A stretch of 64,000 nucleotides of DNA from Rickettsiales bacterium (GCA_021299465.1 JAJTHB010000005.1:173044-237043); one strand, 5' to 3'; numbered from the stretch's first letter, positions 18,750-29,480 are shown. The notes: generated by a model not told the origin, from the letters alone. Numbers and translations are program-made.

Positions 18750-18977
18750 ATGTTTGCCCGCAAGCAGGACGAGCTGGTTTTTCTTTCTAAAGGTACGCAT
18801 GAAGGTCGCCATACGTGGCACTATCTTCTAGTTAAAAAAATGAAGCTGCCGCAGCTCATGGAAGCGGTTAAGCAGGGACAGGTTGACCTTGCCCAGTATG
18901 GGCGTATTTTATTTTCCGGCTTTGGCGCTAATCCGCCAGCGGATGTCACGTTGCTGGTTCGTCAGAAATTCGGCTGA
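18750..18977 (+). CDS. Hypothetical protein, conserved partner of module copy B
   Basis: WHYLLVK...QGQVDLAQYGRILFSGFGANPP...FG aligns with the copy A and C partners. Confidence 0.8.
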   Translation: MFARKQDELVFLSKGTHEGRHTWHYLLVKKMKLPQLMEAVKQGQVDLAQYGRILFSGFGANPPADVTLLVRQKFG

Positions 18978-18978
18978 A

Positions 18979-19287
18979 TCAACCCGGCAGCTTCAGGCGC
19001 TGCACATGCCTGCCGTGGGTCAGGTGCTCGTGGATAACCTCATCGACATCCTCTTTCGTTCTGCAAGCATACCATACCCCCTCGGGGTAGATCACCATGC
19101 ACGGGCCAAGTTCACAGCGATCAAGGCAGCCAGCACTATTCACGCGGGTTTTGCGGATGCCGGCTTCTTTAACTTTTGCTTTCATGTAGTCGCGTAGTTC
19201 GGCTGCGTTCTTATCAGCGCAGCAGCCACGCTTGTGACCGGGCTCGCGCTGGTTGGTGCAGCAGAAGATATGGCGCTCGAAAAACAT
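18979..19287 (-). CDS. Thioredoxin-like [2Fe-2S] ferredoxin
   Basis: HIFCCTNQR...GCC, AGCLDRCELGPCMVIYPEGVWY. Confidence 0.92.
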   Translation of the reverse strand: MFFERHIFCCTNQREPGHKRGCCADKNAAELRDYMKAKVKEAGIRKTRVNSAGCLDRCELGPCMVIYPEGVWYACRTKEDVDEVIHEHLTHGRHVQRLKLPG

Positions 19288-19288
19288 A

Positions 19289-19576
19289 TCAGAGGTTGTA
19301 GAGGTAGGTGTAAAGTGCATCCCGCACAAAGTGCAGCAGTAGGATAAGTATCACCGGAGAAATATCGATGCCACCCATGTCCGGCAGGTACTTGCGGATG
19401 GGGCGTAGCGCGGGGTCAACAAGGCGATTCAGTGCATACATGATCTTCTGCACCACAGGTTGGTAGGCATTCACAATTTTGAATGCAATCAAAAGTGACA
19501 GCACTGCCTGAACGATGACGCACAGCAGATAAAGCGAAATGAGACTGCCGATAAGATTCACGAAGGGATTGAGCAT
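19289..19576 (-). CDS. yggT: YggT family membrane protein
   Basis: LVDPALRPIRKYLPDMGGIDISPVIL. Confidence 0.92.
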   Translation of the reverse strand: MLNPFVNLIGSLISLYLLCVIVQAVLSLLIAFKIVNAYQPVVQKIMYALNRLVDPALRPIRKYLPDMGGIDISPVILILLLHFVRDALYTYLYNL

Positions 19577-19585
19577 GGATTTGGC

Positions 19586-20389
19586 CTATTGATAGACAGC
19601 AGCTTGAATTGTTTTTTGAGGAATGTAGCGAGGATTGAAAACAAGCGGCTTCTTGTGATGATTAGCATGAAAATAAATGCCAAACCAGCAGCGATTTGCT
19701 GTCCAGAAATACCAGCCATCATCAAGGTTAACAGGGTGGGTTTCGCCTGTTGATGGGTCAACATAGTGACCGTAATAGTTCAGGTGGGCAAAAAGCCAGT
19801 AGCTGCCGATGTAAGATGGCAGATAGAAAAAAATCATATAAGTTGGCCCAAGCAGCAAATACCAGAACGTGATGTTCAGTGAAACAAGCGCTAAGAATAA
19901 TATGAATGAGAATTTTCTTGTGATGTGGCTTTTCAAGTTACTGCCGTAATGTTCGTAATAGCGTTTTGAGATAAGCTGCGACGGATAAAAAAACATTTTT
20001 TTACAATACTCAGCAAAAGTCATTCCTATTGGGGAATGAGGGTCTTGATCGGCTTTGTCCGTGTATAAATGATGGAATGCGTGAATTAGTTTCCATCCGT
20101 TGAAGCCCCACAGCTGATGCATCCCTGAGATGTGGCCAACGATACGGTTCATCCATCTTGGCGAAAAGCTGTTGTGGGTTGCGTTATGAATAAAAACAAC
20201 TGACAATCCGCCCACCCAGAACCCAATTGGAATTAGAGCCAGCAGCCACCAGTCGAAATAGTAGGTGTAGAATTCTGGTGAGTGCAGCTGTGCTGCAGCA
20301 AGGCAAAGTGCGCCACTGACGCAAACGCTCGGCGCTAATTGTTTAATATGGAAGAAGCGATCCGAATAAAATTTGCCGATTAATGACAT
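19586..20389 (-). CDS. Membrane fatty-acid desaturase family protein
   Basis: Three His boxes (HNATH, HAFHH, HANHH) plus TM segments. Confidence 0.85.
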   Translation of the reverse strand: MSLIGKFYSDRFFHIKQLAPSVCVSGALCLAAAQLHSPEFYTYYFDWWLLALIPIGFWVGGLSVVFIHNATHNSFSPRWMNRIVGHISGMHQLWGFNGWKLIHAFHHLYTDKADQDPHSPIGMTFAEYCKKMFFYPSQLISKRYYEHYGSNLKSHITRKFSFILFLALVSLNITFWYLLLGPTYMIFFYLPSYIGSYWLFAHLNYYGHYVDPSTGETHPVNLDDGWYFWTANRCWFGIYFHANHHKKPLVFNPRYIPQKTIQAAVYQ

Positions 20390-20478
20390 CTGATACTCAC
20401 ACTAAAGAAACAACTCTCTGTTTGCTATATAGCTAATTTTGTCAATAATGTCTAAAATTTCTAGAGTTTCATTATTCT

Positions 20479-21531
20479 GTGCGGGGTGTTGTGCATACTA
20501 AACACATTAAAGTTACCGATATCCCGGCGTCGGTGGAACAAAATGCCATATACGAATTCGTGCCTGTCCAGCCTGACGAGGCATTTTATAACGAACGAAC
20601 GGACAGGAATATTGGCTGGATAAGCCCTGAGGAGCAGCAGATACTGAAGCAATCGCGCATTGCGATTGCTGGGCTGGGCGGTATGGGTGGGGCTGCAGCT
20701 CCCTCGCTGCTCAGGATGGGGGTTGGCCAAATGAAGCTGGCTGACCTCGAGACGTTTGATGCCAGCAATATCAATCGCCAGTTTGGGGCGGGACGTTATG
20801 CCATTGGCCGATCCAAGGTTTTTGAAACCATCAGGCTACTTCGTCAGATAACGGATGATACAACATTGGTCGCATACCCACGCGGGGTAAATGAGCATGA
20901 GGTTGAGGGGTTTGTTGATGGCTGTGATCTGGTTTTGGACATGGTCGAGTTTTGGGCATTGTCTGCAAGAATTTTGCTGCATAAAACAGCACGCAGCAGG
21001 GGCTGTACAGTGGTCAGTGCAAACCCGGTAGGTATGGGAACAAGGCTGTTTTGGTTTGATGAGCGGGCATGCGATATTGAAACATTCCTCGGTGTCACTT
21101 ATGAAGAAGCGCTGGAGTTTGAAGAAAAAATGCGGCGCGGAACAGCGGGTAATAAAGAAAAGATGCGTATTATCGCTTCCGTAATGTCCAGCTTTGTGCC
21201 AGAGCTACCGTTTTATGCTGATAGTGAGCAGAAAGCGAGTAACCATAAAACACTTCGTGAGCGTATCATGAAGGATAACAAGCCCTCTGTGATAGGTTCA
21301 AATTTAGCGATGGCTGGCGGGTTTCTTGCAAATCACGTTGTGCTATATTTGCTCAGAAACTCAAACGTGAAGCGCCGTAAGCTGCCGCGTTACCCAAGCG
21401 CCCCAGGCTATATTTATTTTGATTCAGCATTTGTGAAGGCGGCAATCAGGCATAATGGCGTGCTTGTTAAATTGCTTCGTCTTTTATATCGCCTTGGTGT
21501 TAGGCTGGCGATGAGAAAAGTTCCTGATTAG
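20479..21531 (+). CDS. ThiF/E1-like adenylyltransferase family protein
   Basis: RNIGWISPEEQQILKQSRIAIAGLGGMGG, DLETFDASNINRQ. Confidence 0.85.
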   Translation: MRGVVHTKHIKVTDIPASVEQNAIYEFVPVQPDEAFYNERTDRNIGWISPEEQQILKQSRIAIAGLGGMGGAAAPSLLRMGVGQMKLADLETFDASNINRQFGAGRYAIGRSKVFETIRLLRQITDDTTLVAYPRGVNEHEVEGFVDGCDLVLDMVEFWALSARILLHKTARSRGCTVVSANPVGMGTRLFWFDERACDIETFLGVTYEEALEFEEKMRRGTAGNKEKMRIIASVMSSFVPELPFYADSEQKASNHKTLRERIMKDNKPSVIGSNLAMAGGFLANHVVLYLLRNSNVKRRKLPRYPSAPGYIYFDSAFVKAAIRHNGVLVKLLRLLYRLGVRLAMRKVPD

Positions 21532-21604
21532 CCAGTAATTTACACTTTATTAACTGTGTTATTCCTGCAACCAGTTCGGCTTCGTTAAAGAAGTGGGCGG
21601 CAAT

Positions 21605-21619
21605 TTAATTATATTTTAA
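21605..21619. promoter_or_regulatory. Candidate CtrA box upstream of the TBDR operon
   Basis: TTAA-TTATATT-TTAA (TTAA-N7-TTAA), but in an AT-rich context. Confidence 0.35.
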
Positions 21620-21672
21620 TTTAATGCAGGAAATATGGCCGCAAGAGTTTCTAAACTAATGGAGATTTGAGT

Positions 21673-23691
21673 ATGTCATGGCTGCGGTCAACTAGCGCAC
21701 TTTGCGGACTTGCAATTGCTTGCATGGTATTTCCTGCCTCAGCGCAATCAACAAACCCAGATGAAGAGTTTGTCGATTTATCACTCGAGCAGCTTATTCG
21801 AATCAAGGTTACATCGGTTTCCAAGCGCTCTGAGAATGCTAACGAAGCGGCGGCAGCCATTTATGTGATCACGCAGGACGATATTCGCCGCAGTGGTATG
21901 ACCTCCATTCCTGATTTGCTCAGGATGGTTCCTGGCCTCAGCGTTGCAGGCAGCAGTGCGCATCAATGGGCGATTTCATCGCGTGGCTTTTCGGGGGTGT
22001 TTTCAAACAAGCTTCTCGTGCTTATGGATGGCCGCACCGTTTATACCCCGCTCTTTTCTGGTGTTTACTGGGACGCGCAGGACACGATGCTGGAAGACAT
22101 TGAGCGTATAGAGGTTATTCGCGGCCCCGGTGCAACATTATGGGGTACGAATGCAGTAAACGGCGTTATCAATATCATCACAAAATCATCTAAAGACACG
22201 GTGGGTGGTCTTGCTGCTCTGACTGTAGGCAATCAGGACAAAGCTTTGGCTCGTGGTCGTTATGGCTACAAGCTTGATGAAGACAGCTATGTTCGTGCAT
22301 ATGCAAAGTTTGATGACCGCGATGAATCCCGAACTTACACGGAGGCGCGTGGCCTCGATGCCTGGAATAAAGGCCAGGCTGGTTTCAGGGCAGATCTTGG
22401 TCTCGACGACAAAAAATCAATCACAATTCAGGGGGACATGTATCGTCTTGGAGCGAGTGGTCAACTGACGATTCCAAGCTTTACCAGCCCGCTAACCGAT
22501 TCAGTACGTGACCGTGAGCTGGCTAAGGGTGCAAACCTGCTGGCGCGCATGAATTATGAAATTGAAAAAGATAATGATCTCACGCTGCAGGTTTATTTTG
22601 ACAATGCGCAGCGTGAAAATGCGATCTTTGATGATAATCGAAGCACCTTCGATATTGATGCACAGCAGGCGCTGGTGGCGTTTAATGGACAGCATGAAAT
22701 TGTATGGGGTCTCGGATATCGACTGGTTTCTGATGAGATTCTTGGTTCTACAACACTGGTATTCTCGCCGCAGAAACGCTCGGATAATCTTTTCAGTGCG
22801 TTTGTGCAGGATAAAATTGCGTTGGTGCCAAATGAGTTTTTCCTGACGCTTGGTTCAAAATTTGAACATAATGATTATACAGGGTTTGAATTTCAGCCAA
22901 GCGGGCGCTTATCATGGATTATCGATGATAGGCAAACCTTATGGAGTTCCATCTCGCGCGCGGTGAGATCGCCAAATCGCTTCTCAGATGATGGCTCGCT
23001 GGCATCGCTATATAATCCCGATATCGATCCAGGCGGGCCGGTGGTTCCTGCGTTTGTCGGTACGATTGGAAATCGCAATCTGGATTCTGAAGTGCTTAAT
23101 GCTTATGAGCTGGGCTATCGTATCCAGGCAACGGATAAGATTTCATTTGATGCCGCAACTTTCTATAATGACTATGATAGCCTGGTAATTGGCGCTCTTG
23201 GTGCTCCTACCGCAGTCAATTTTCCGGGTCTTGGTGTTGTCCCTTATGTTCCGGTTACACCGCAAAACCTAAATGAAGCGAGGGCCTATGGTTTTGAGCT
23301 TAGCTCTAACTGGGCGGTTAGCAGTAATTTTGATGTGTCGGCTGGCTATACCTATTTTGATTTAAAACTTGATCTCAATGATCCATTTGGGTTTGAGTAT
23401 GCGGGCAAGACACCTAAGCATCAGTTTAATATTCGCAGTAACTGGCTGCTTGGAAATAATGTAGAATGGAATAATGCGGCTTACTTTGTTGATTCACTTA
23501 CCGGCCCAACTATTCCAAGCTATTTAAGGTTTGACAGTCGTCTGGCGTGGAGGCCTGTTGAGTCTCTTGAGCTTTCGATTGTTGGACAGAATCTGTTGGA
23601 TCCTTATCACCCAGAATTTAGTGGCTATACTTATCAGGGTAATTCGCAAATACCACGCAGTGTCTACGGAAACATAACCTGGAAGTTTTAG
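21673..23691 (+). CDS. TonB-dependent receptor (YfiR-associated type)
   Basis: Signal peptide, DLSLEQLIRIKVTSVSK plug, IERIEVIRGPGATLWG, terminal aromatic WKF. Confidence 0.92.
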   Translation: MSWLRSTSALCGLAIACMVFPASAQSTNPDEEFVDLSLEQLIRIKVTSVSKRSENANEAAAAIYVITQDDIRRSGMTSIPDLLRMVPGLSVAGSSAHQWAISSRGFSGVFSNKLLVLMDGRTVYTPLFSGVYWDAQDTMLEDIERIEVIRGPGATLWGTNAVNGVINIITKSSKDTVGGLAALTVGNQDKALARGRYGYKLDEDSYVRAYAKFDDRDESRTYTEARGLDAWNKGQAGFRADLGLDDKKSITIQGDMYRLGASGQLTIPSFTSPLTDSVRDRELAKGANLLARMNYEIEKDNDLTLQVYFDNAQRENAIFDDNRSTFDIDAQQALVAFNGQHEIVWGLGYRLVSDEILGSTTLVFSPQKRSDNLFSAFVQDKIALVPNEFFLTLGSKFEHNDYTGFEFQPSGRLSWIIDDRQTLWSSISRAVRSPNRFSDDGSLASLYNPDIDPGGPVVPAFVGTIGNRNLDSEVLNAYELGYRIQATDKISFDAATFYNDYDSLVIGALGAPTAVNFPGLGVVPYVPVTPQNLNEARAYGFELSSNWAVSSNFDVSAGYTYFDLKLDLNDPFGFEYAGKTPKHQFNIRSNWLLGNNVEWNNAAYFVDSLTGPTIPSYLRFDSRLAWRPVESLELSIVGQNLLDPYHPEFSGYTYQGNSQIPRSVYGNITWKF

Positions 23692-23694
23692 TTT

Positions 23695-24267
23695 GTGATA
23701 CATCCACTCTCCAATCTGTGGATTAAGATTGTCCACCGCACGTGTTTTGCGGTGGCTCTTCTTCACGTTGGATCAGCACTTGCAGCAGCACCAAAGGCAT
23801 TGCCGCCTAAATCATTTTATGGGCAATACTCGAGGCATTTTCTTGGCAGTATGAGTTGGCCGGCTGAGGTTGATTTTCTTGCTCAGTCAGGTTTTAATTT
23901 CTGTATTATCGGAGATAGATTGGAAATCAGCCCCCCGCCTCCTGCTAAGTGGAATTTTTCTGCCCCCGTAAAAATTATTGATGCGAATGGCAAGGGCGAT
24001 CGTTTCATTGCCGAAAGCTGCAATGCTATTTTTATTGCATCTACGGAAGAAAAGCGTCTTTCAGCGATTCTTTTGGCAATTAATGATCGGCCAATCCTTA
24101 CCATCAGCCCCATCATTAAATTCACTTCAAAAGGTGGCATGTTTGGGTTTGTTCAGGTTGGTGAAACCATTCGTTTTACCATCAACCGTAAAGCGTTGGA
24201 GGCGGCCGGACTTCGTATCACGGATCCGAAAGTGCTCGATCTAGCTGTTTCTGAGCAGGAGGACTAG
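23695..24267 (+). CDS. YfiR/DUF4154 family periplasmic protein
   Basis: FLGSMSWPA, FCIIGD, GGMFGFVQVGETIRFTINRKALEAAGL. Confidence 0.8.
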   Translation: MIHPLSNLWIKIVHRTCFAVALLHVGSALAAAPKALPPKSFYGQYSRHFLGSMSWPAEVDFLAQSGFNFCIIGDRLEISPPPPAKWNFSAPVKIIDANGKGDRFIAESCNAIFIASTEEKRLSAILLAINDRPILTISPIIKFTSKGGMFGFVQVGETIRFTINRKALEAAGLRITDPKVLDLAVSEQED

Positions 24268-24272
24268 CGTTT

Positions 24273-25814
24273 ATGCAGCTCCTCAATCACAACATATCCA
24301 TTAAACGCCGCCTGAACCTGATCATCATGGCGATCAGCACAATTTCGGTGTTGCTCACAACGATGACCGTTTCGCTGGTTGGTATCTACAATATCCGAAA
24401 CAGCATCATCAACGAGCTTAACCTCTCTGCAACGATTGTCGGCGAGGCAAATATTTCGGCGCTGGAATTCAGCATTTATGACAAGGTGCCGGCCAGTATG
24501 AATGTTTTCAGTGTTAAGCCACAAATTGTGCTCGCATGCATTTATGATGCTGAGAGTTCTTTTGCAGATGCTGATGACAATATACTCATGGATAAAAGGG
24601 TTGGTGAGTATTCCTTTGGGGATGGCTACCCCTCAAATTGTCCTGAGGATGTGAGCCCACGCATTACTATCAGCGATGATCATATCGAAATCATGAAGGA
24701 TATTGTTAACGATAGTTTCCAGCGTGTTGGCTCTATTTATATCAAATCAACCTTAGAGCAGATCAATGAATATATCAAAAAGCAGTTCGCGATAGCGATT
24801 ACGGTTATTGCGACAGCGCTGCTGTTGTCATATCTTCTTGCTGTTTCTCTGCAGCGCGCTATTTCAGCGCCTATTCTTGGTTTAGCTGAAACAGCACGAA
24901 AAATATCTCAGCTCAAAGACTACGCGATCCGTGCGCCGGTGATTGGTGATCCCCGCAAAGAAGATAAAAATGAGCTGGTAGTTCTCACGACGGCCTTTAA
25001 CGACATGTTGACGGAAATTGGTGAGCGCGACAACCAGCTCAAGAAACAAAATATTGCATTGGAAAAAGCTAAAGATTCAGCTGAGAGTGCAAGCCGCGCA
25101 AAATCACAATTTCTTGCAAATATCAGCCATGAACTCCGCACGCCGCTGAATGCCATTATTGGTTTCTCATCGATTCTGATGAACCAATTATTTGGTCCGC
25201 TCGGTGATAATAAATACCTTGAATATGCAAAGGATATCAATGAATCGGGAACGCATCTGCTGGATATCATCAATGACATTCTTGATCTTTCTAAAGCAGA
25301 GGCTGGCAAGCTTTCCATTACCTACCAGGAAGTTCATGTTGGTAAGTCTATCAACAAATGCCTTACCATTCTTGCTGAGCGTGCTGAAAAAGGAAATGTT
25401 ACGGTTAGTGTTGATGTTCCCAAAACACTGCCAGCACTAATTGCGGATCGTCTTCGCTTTATTCAGATTGTTCTCAATATCATGTCCAATGCTGTGAAAT
25501 TTACTGAAGCTGGCGGGCGCGTTCATGTTGCGGCGAAAGTCGTCGATGATCAGTTTGTTATCACCGTTCAGGATACTGGTATTGGTATGTCAAAAGAGGA
25601 TCTGGATAAAGCCTTCCAGAGCTTCGGACAAGTTGATAGCGGCCTCAATCGTAAGTATGAAGGCACGGGGCTTGGCCTTCCGCTTACTCGTAAGCTCATT
25701 GAGCTTCACTATGGTAAAATTGAAATGGAAAGCGAATTAGGCAAAGGAACGATCGTGCGCCTGATTTTCCCAACAATTCCGCCGCCTGAAGCGGGCTATG
25801 TTGCGGAAGAGTAG
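24273..25814 (+). CDS. Membrane sensor histidine kinase (periplasmic domain, HAMP, PleC/DivJ-like HisKA, HATPase)
   Basis: KSQFLANISHELRTPLNAIIGFS, NAVKFT, DTGIGM, GTGLGLPL. Confidence 0.93.
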   Translation: MQLLNHNISIKRRLNLIIMAISTISVLLTTMTVSLVGIYNIRNSIINELNLSATIVGEANISALEFSIYDKVPASMNVFSVKPQIVLACIYDAESSFADADDNILMDKRVGEYSFGDGYPSNCPEDVSPRITISDDHIEIMKDIVNDSFQRVGSIYIKSTLEQINEYIKKQFAIAITVIATALLLSYLLAVSLQRAISAPILGLAETARKISQLKDYAIRAPVIGDPRKEDKNELVVLTTAFNDMLTEIGERDNQLKKQNIALEKAKDSAESASRAKSQFLANISHELRTPLNAIIGFSSILMNQLFGPLGDNKYLEYAKDINESGTHLLDIINDILDLSKAEAGKLSITYQEVHVGKSINKCLTILAERAEKGNVTVSVDVPKTLPALIADRLRFIQIVLNIMSNAVKFTEAGGRVHVAAKVVDDQFVITVQDTGIGMSKEDLDKAFQSFGQVDSGLNRKYEGTGLGLPLTRKLIELHYGKIEMESELGKGTIVRLIFPTIPPPEAGYVAEE

Positions 25815-25881
25815 AGTTATAAACCCATTCTTAACGAATGACGGTTAGATTAAACTTGATTAGAATATAGAAGAGGTTGCC

Positions 25882-26340
25882 TTGAAAGATATCTACACCG
25901 AATGCATTTTGATGATTGAACGTCTCCACCGTCGTTTTCTTGACGTGGTAAAGACCGAGCTTGATCGCCTGCGGATCGACGACATCAACAACGTTCAGAC
26001 CCTCATTCTCTACAACATCAACCATGAGCAGCTAACCATTGGTGAACTCACCAACCGTGGCTATTATCTTGGCTCAAACGTTTCCTATAACGTCAAAAAA
26101 TTAGTGGAAAATGGCTATCTGGTTCAAGAGCGTGCGCCACATGACAAGCGCTCTACGCGAATAAAACTCTCTGATAAGGGCTTGAGCCTTTGTAAGAAAG
26201 TCGATGAGCTCTATCAGCGCAATGTTGAATCGCTCTCGAAAGAGACGGATGCCGTGAAGCTTTCTGCTCTGAATGCATCACTTTCTCAGCTTGAGCGCTT
26301 CTGGTCAGATTACATTAATAATATTCATAAGGTTAAGTAG
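25882..26340 (+). CDS. ldtR: MarR-family regulator, LdtR-like
   Basis: IERLHRRFLDVVK, GYYLGSNVSYNVKKLVENGY, DKRSTRIKLS. Confidence 0.75.
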   Translation: MKDIYTECILMIERLHRRFLDVVKTELDRLRIDDINNVQTLILYNINHEQLTIGELTNRGYYLGSNVSYNVKKLVENGYLVQERAPHDKRSTRIKLSDKGLSLCKKVDELYQRNVESLSKETDAVKLSALNASLSQLERFWSDYINNIHKVK

Positions 26341-26458
26341 TCATTATTCCAAAAAATTCTTGGGGTAATTTTAGTCGATTTAGGCTTTTTTTACTTGACC
26401 TTGCGTGTGATCTTTTCTATAAACCGCGCTCTTAATCAAACTTTACTGAAGGTTTTTT

Positions 26459-26755
26459 ATGTCTAGGCGTTGTTCTGTCACCGGCACTGGTTCGCAATTT
26501 GGCAATAAAGTGTCGCATTCTAACCGTAAAACCAGAACGCGTTTTCTGCCTAACCTGCAGAAAGTCTCGCTGATGAGCGAAGTGCTAGGCACGACCATTA
26601 CCCTTCGCGTGACTGCGGCTACGCTTCGCAGCATCGAGCATAATGGCGGTTTGGATGCTTATCTGACCAATCACTCTTCCCGTAAACTCACGGAAGAAGC
26701 AGGCAAGTTAAAGCGCCAGATCGAACGTAAGTTGGCTAAGAAAGCCGCCGCTTAG
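26459..26755 (+). CDS. rpmB: 50S ribosomal protein L28
   Basis: MSRRCSVTG...[20 protein letters not shown]. Confidence 0.98.
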   Translation: MSRRCSVTGTGSQFGNKVSHSNRKTRTRFLPNLQKVSLMSEVLGTTITLRVTAATLRSIEHNGGLDAYLTNHSSRKLTEEAGKLKRQIERKLAKKAAA

Positions 26756-28496
26756 TTTTGCGATCTGCCTTAAAGAGACCGGTTAGTTGCTCGGTCATGG
26801 CTTCGCCGAGTTTTTCAATCTCAGAAATTGTTACGGCGTGCTTGTAATAGCGTGTTACGTCGTGGCCGATGCCAATCGCAAGCAGTTCAATCGGCATTTT
26901 GGTTTCTACCAGCTCAATCACGTCGCGTAAGTGGCGATCAAGATAGTTGCCGGTATTGGCCGAGAGCGTGCTGTCATCCACCGGTGCGCCATCCGAAATC
27001 ACCATCAGGATACGCCGTTGCTCTGGTCTTGATAGCAAGCGTTCAGCAGCCCAAAGGATTGCTTCGCCATCGATATTTTCCTTGAGGATGCCATCTTTAA
27101 GCATCAGCCCAAGATTCTTTTTTGCTTTGCGCCAACTGATATCAGCGGGCTTATAAATGATATGGCGCAGGTCATTTAACCTTCCTGCCTGTGCAGGTTT
27201 ACCAGCTTTAAGCCACTCTTTATACGAGGCTCCGCCTTTCCATTCCTTGGTGGTAAAGCCTAGTATTTCGGTTTTAACGCCGCAGCGTTCCAGCGTGCGC
27301 GCCATGAGATCAGCCGAAAGTGCGGCCATGGTGATCGGACGGCCGCGCATTGAGCCGGAGTTATCAATCAATAGCGTGACGACGGTATCGCGGAAATCTG
27401 TATCATGTTCGCGCTTGTAGATTTGTTCTTCTTCGGGGTGGATAATGAGCCGTGTGAGCTTGCGATTATCAATAATGCCGTCATCCTGATCAAACATCCA
27501 ATGCCTTGCCTGACGCGCGAGCAAAAGACGTTGTAGCTTATTGGCAAGGCGCGCGGTCAGGCTTTGAAACTGTTCTAGCCGTGCATCAAGCTGTTCTCGG
27601 AGTTGCTCCAACTCCTGCAAGCTTGCAAGCTGGCTTGCCGCAATCACCTCATCATAGCGTTTGGTATAGGCGTGATATGGCGCAAGCGATGATTTGGTTT
27701 GGTTATGCGTATGAGGAAAGGGATTATCACCTGCTTCTTCCTTGCCGGGCGGCGGTGATTCGCTTGCTTCCGCCGGCACACTACTTAGAACAGGAAATAG
27801 CGATGGTTCTTGCATGCCATCAGGGCTGGTGGGAGATGACATGCCGCTTTCAACTTTGCTTTGCGCGTCATTGGTATTGGCGTGGTCATCGGGCGCAGGT
27901 GGCGGGCCAGCGCCTTCGTTTTTATCTTCGTTTGAGGCCTTGATCAGCGCCAGGGTTTCGAGAAGTTTGAGCGCTTCCTTCGCATAGGCTTCCTGCGTGC
28001 TGGTAAGGTTTGAGAGTTGCTTTAGATGGGGGGCAATATCAGATAGTTTCTCGCGTGCCTCATCGACGCCTGCACCTGAAATGTCTTGGCCTGCAATATC
28101 CACGCGAGCAAGTAGCTCTGTTGCTGCTTGGGGTGTCATGGTTTGTGAGGCGATAGTTTTCATCTGCCAGGCACGTTCAAATTTCTTGAGCAGGTTAAAC
28201 TGTACGCCGGAGAGATAGCGGCTGCCAATCGCCTCCATGCGAACTGCTTCCAGCGTATCAAAGAGTGCAGCTTGAGCGAGCTGATTAGGGCGAAGCTGCT
28301 GGTGTAAGCTGGCATTATGATAACGATGGCGGATAGCCTGCTCATCCATCATTGCGCGCACCAGTGGCAATTCATCATCGCTTGGAGGTTTAGCAAGTGG
28401 CGGTAAGCTGAACTCTTTCTTCTCAGCAGCTAAGGCACGTGAAGCGGCCAGCAATTCTTGTCGAAGATGGGTTAGGCGTTCGCTTTCAGCGGCCAT
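26736..28496 (-). CDS. cobT: CobT-like VWA protein (cobaltochelatase CobT family)
   Basis: [44 protein letters not shown]. Confidence 0.9.
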   Translation of the reverse strand: MAAESERLTHLRQELLAASRALAAEKKEFSLPPLAKPPSDDELPLVRAMMDEQAIRHRYHNASLHQQLRPNQLAQAALFDTLEAVRMEAIGSRYLSGVQFNLLKKFERAWQMKTIASQTMTPQAATELLARVDIAGQDISGAGVDEAREKLSDIAPHLKQLSNLTSTQEAYAKEALKLLETLALIKASNEDKNEGAGPPPAPDDHANTNDAQSKVESGMSSPTSPDGMQEPSLFPVLSSVPAEASESPPPGKEEAGDNPFPHTHNQTKSSLAPYHAYTKRYDEVIAASQLASLQELEQLREQLDARLEQFQSLTARLANKLQRLLLARQARHWMFDQDDGIIDNRKLTRLIIHPEEEQIYKREHDTDFRDTVVTLLIDNSGSMRGRPITMAALSADLMARTLERCGVKTEILGFTTKEWKGGASYKEWLKAGKPAQAGRLNDLRHIIYKPADISWRKAKKNLGLMLKDGILKENIDGEAILWAAERLLSRPEQRRILMVISDGAPVDDSTLSANTGNYLDRHLRDVIELVETKMPIELLAIGIGHDVTRYYKHAVTISEIEKLGEAMTEQLTGLFKADRKTKRRLS

Positions 28497-29480
28497 TTAA
28501 GCCTTCGCGAGTAAATCGACATTAAAGCAGCGCTGGTAGTATTCAGCGATGATACCGCGTTCATTTTCATCGCATTTATTGAAAAAAGTGAGGCGGAAGG
28601 CTTGATGAACATCGCCAAAAATTTTGGTGTTCTCAGCCCAGTTGATCACCGTGCGCGGCGACATGACGGTGGAAAGATCGCCCTGAATAAAGCCCTGGCG
28701 TGTGAGGTTTGCCATCGCGATCATGCTGCGCAGTGCTTCTTTAGGTTTACCGCTTATGCCTAAATCCTTCACCTTGCCACTTACCACTTTGAATTCATCT
28801 TCTTCCGGCAGGTAATTCAGGGTGGTGACGATGTTCCAGCGATCCATCTGGCCTTGGTTAATAGGCTGGGTGCCATGATAAATACCGGTGGCATCACCAA
28901 GACCAATGGTATTGGAGGTTGCAAACAGCCTGAAGAACGGATGCGGCGTGATCACGCGGTTTTGGTCAAGCAGCGTGAATTTACCCTGCGCTTCAAGCAC
29001 CCGCTGGATCACGAACATCACATCCGGCCTTCCAGCATCATATTCATCAAACACCAGCGCCACCGGCCGCGCCAGCGACCACGGCAGGATGCCCTCTTGA
29101 AACTGCGTGATCTGCTTACCGTCTTTCAGCGTAATCGCATCGCGGCCGACAAGGTCGGTGCGGCTGACATGGCTATCGAGATTCACGCGAATGCACGGCC
29201 AGTTCAGGCGCGCGGCCACTTGCTCAATATGGGTTGATTTACCGGTGCCGTGATAGCCTTGCACAATCACGCGGCGGTTATGCGCAAAACCAGCAAGTAT
29301 GGCGGCTGTCGTAGCCGGTTCAAACTGATAGTCAGGATCAATCTCCGGCACATGTTCTTCTGCTTTAGAAAAAGCGGCGACTGCGAAATTCACTTTCACA
29401 CCAAAGAGTTTCTCGGTGGAGACGGTTTTATCCGGTGTGTCTTGTGAAAGACAGGAGGGGGCGGTTTTGTTCATGGTCAT
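28497..29480 (-). CDS. cobS: CobS AAA+ ATPase
   Basis: GYHGTGKSTHIEQVAARLNWP, FDEYDAGRPDVMFVIQRVLE. Confidence 0.93.
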   Translation of the reverse strand: MTMNKTAPSCLSQDTPDKTVSTEKLFGVKVNFAVAAFSKAEEHVPEIDPDYQFEPATTAAILAGFAHNRRVIVQGYHGTGKSTHIEQVAARLNWPCIRVNLDSHVSRTDLVGRDAITLKDGKQITQFQEGILPWSLARPVALVFDEYDAGRPDVMFVIQRVLEAQGKFTLLDQNRVITPHPFFRLFATSNTIGLGDATGIYHGTQPINQGQMDRWNIVTTLNYLPEEDEFKVVSGKVKDLGISGKPKEALRSMIAMANLTRQGFIQGDLSTVMSPRTVINWAENTKIFGDVHQAFRLTFFNKCDENERGIIAEYYQRCFNVDLLAKA

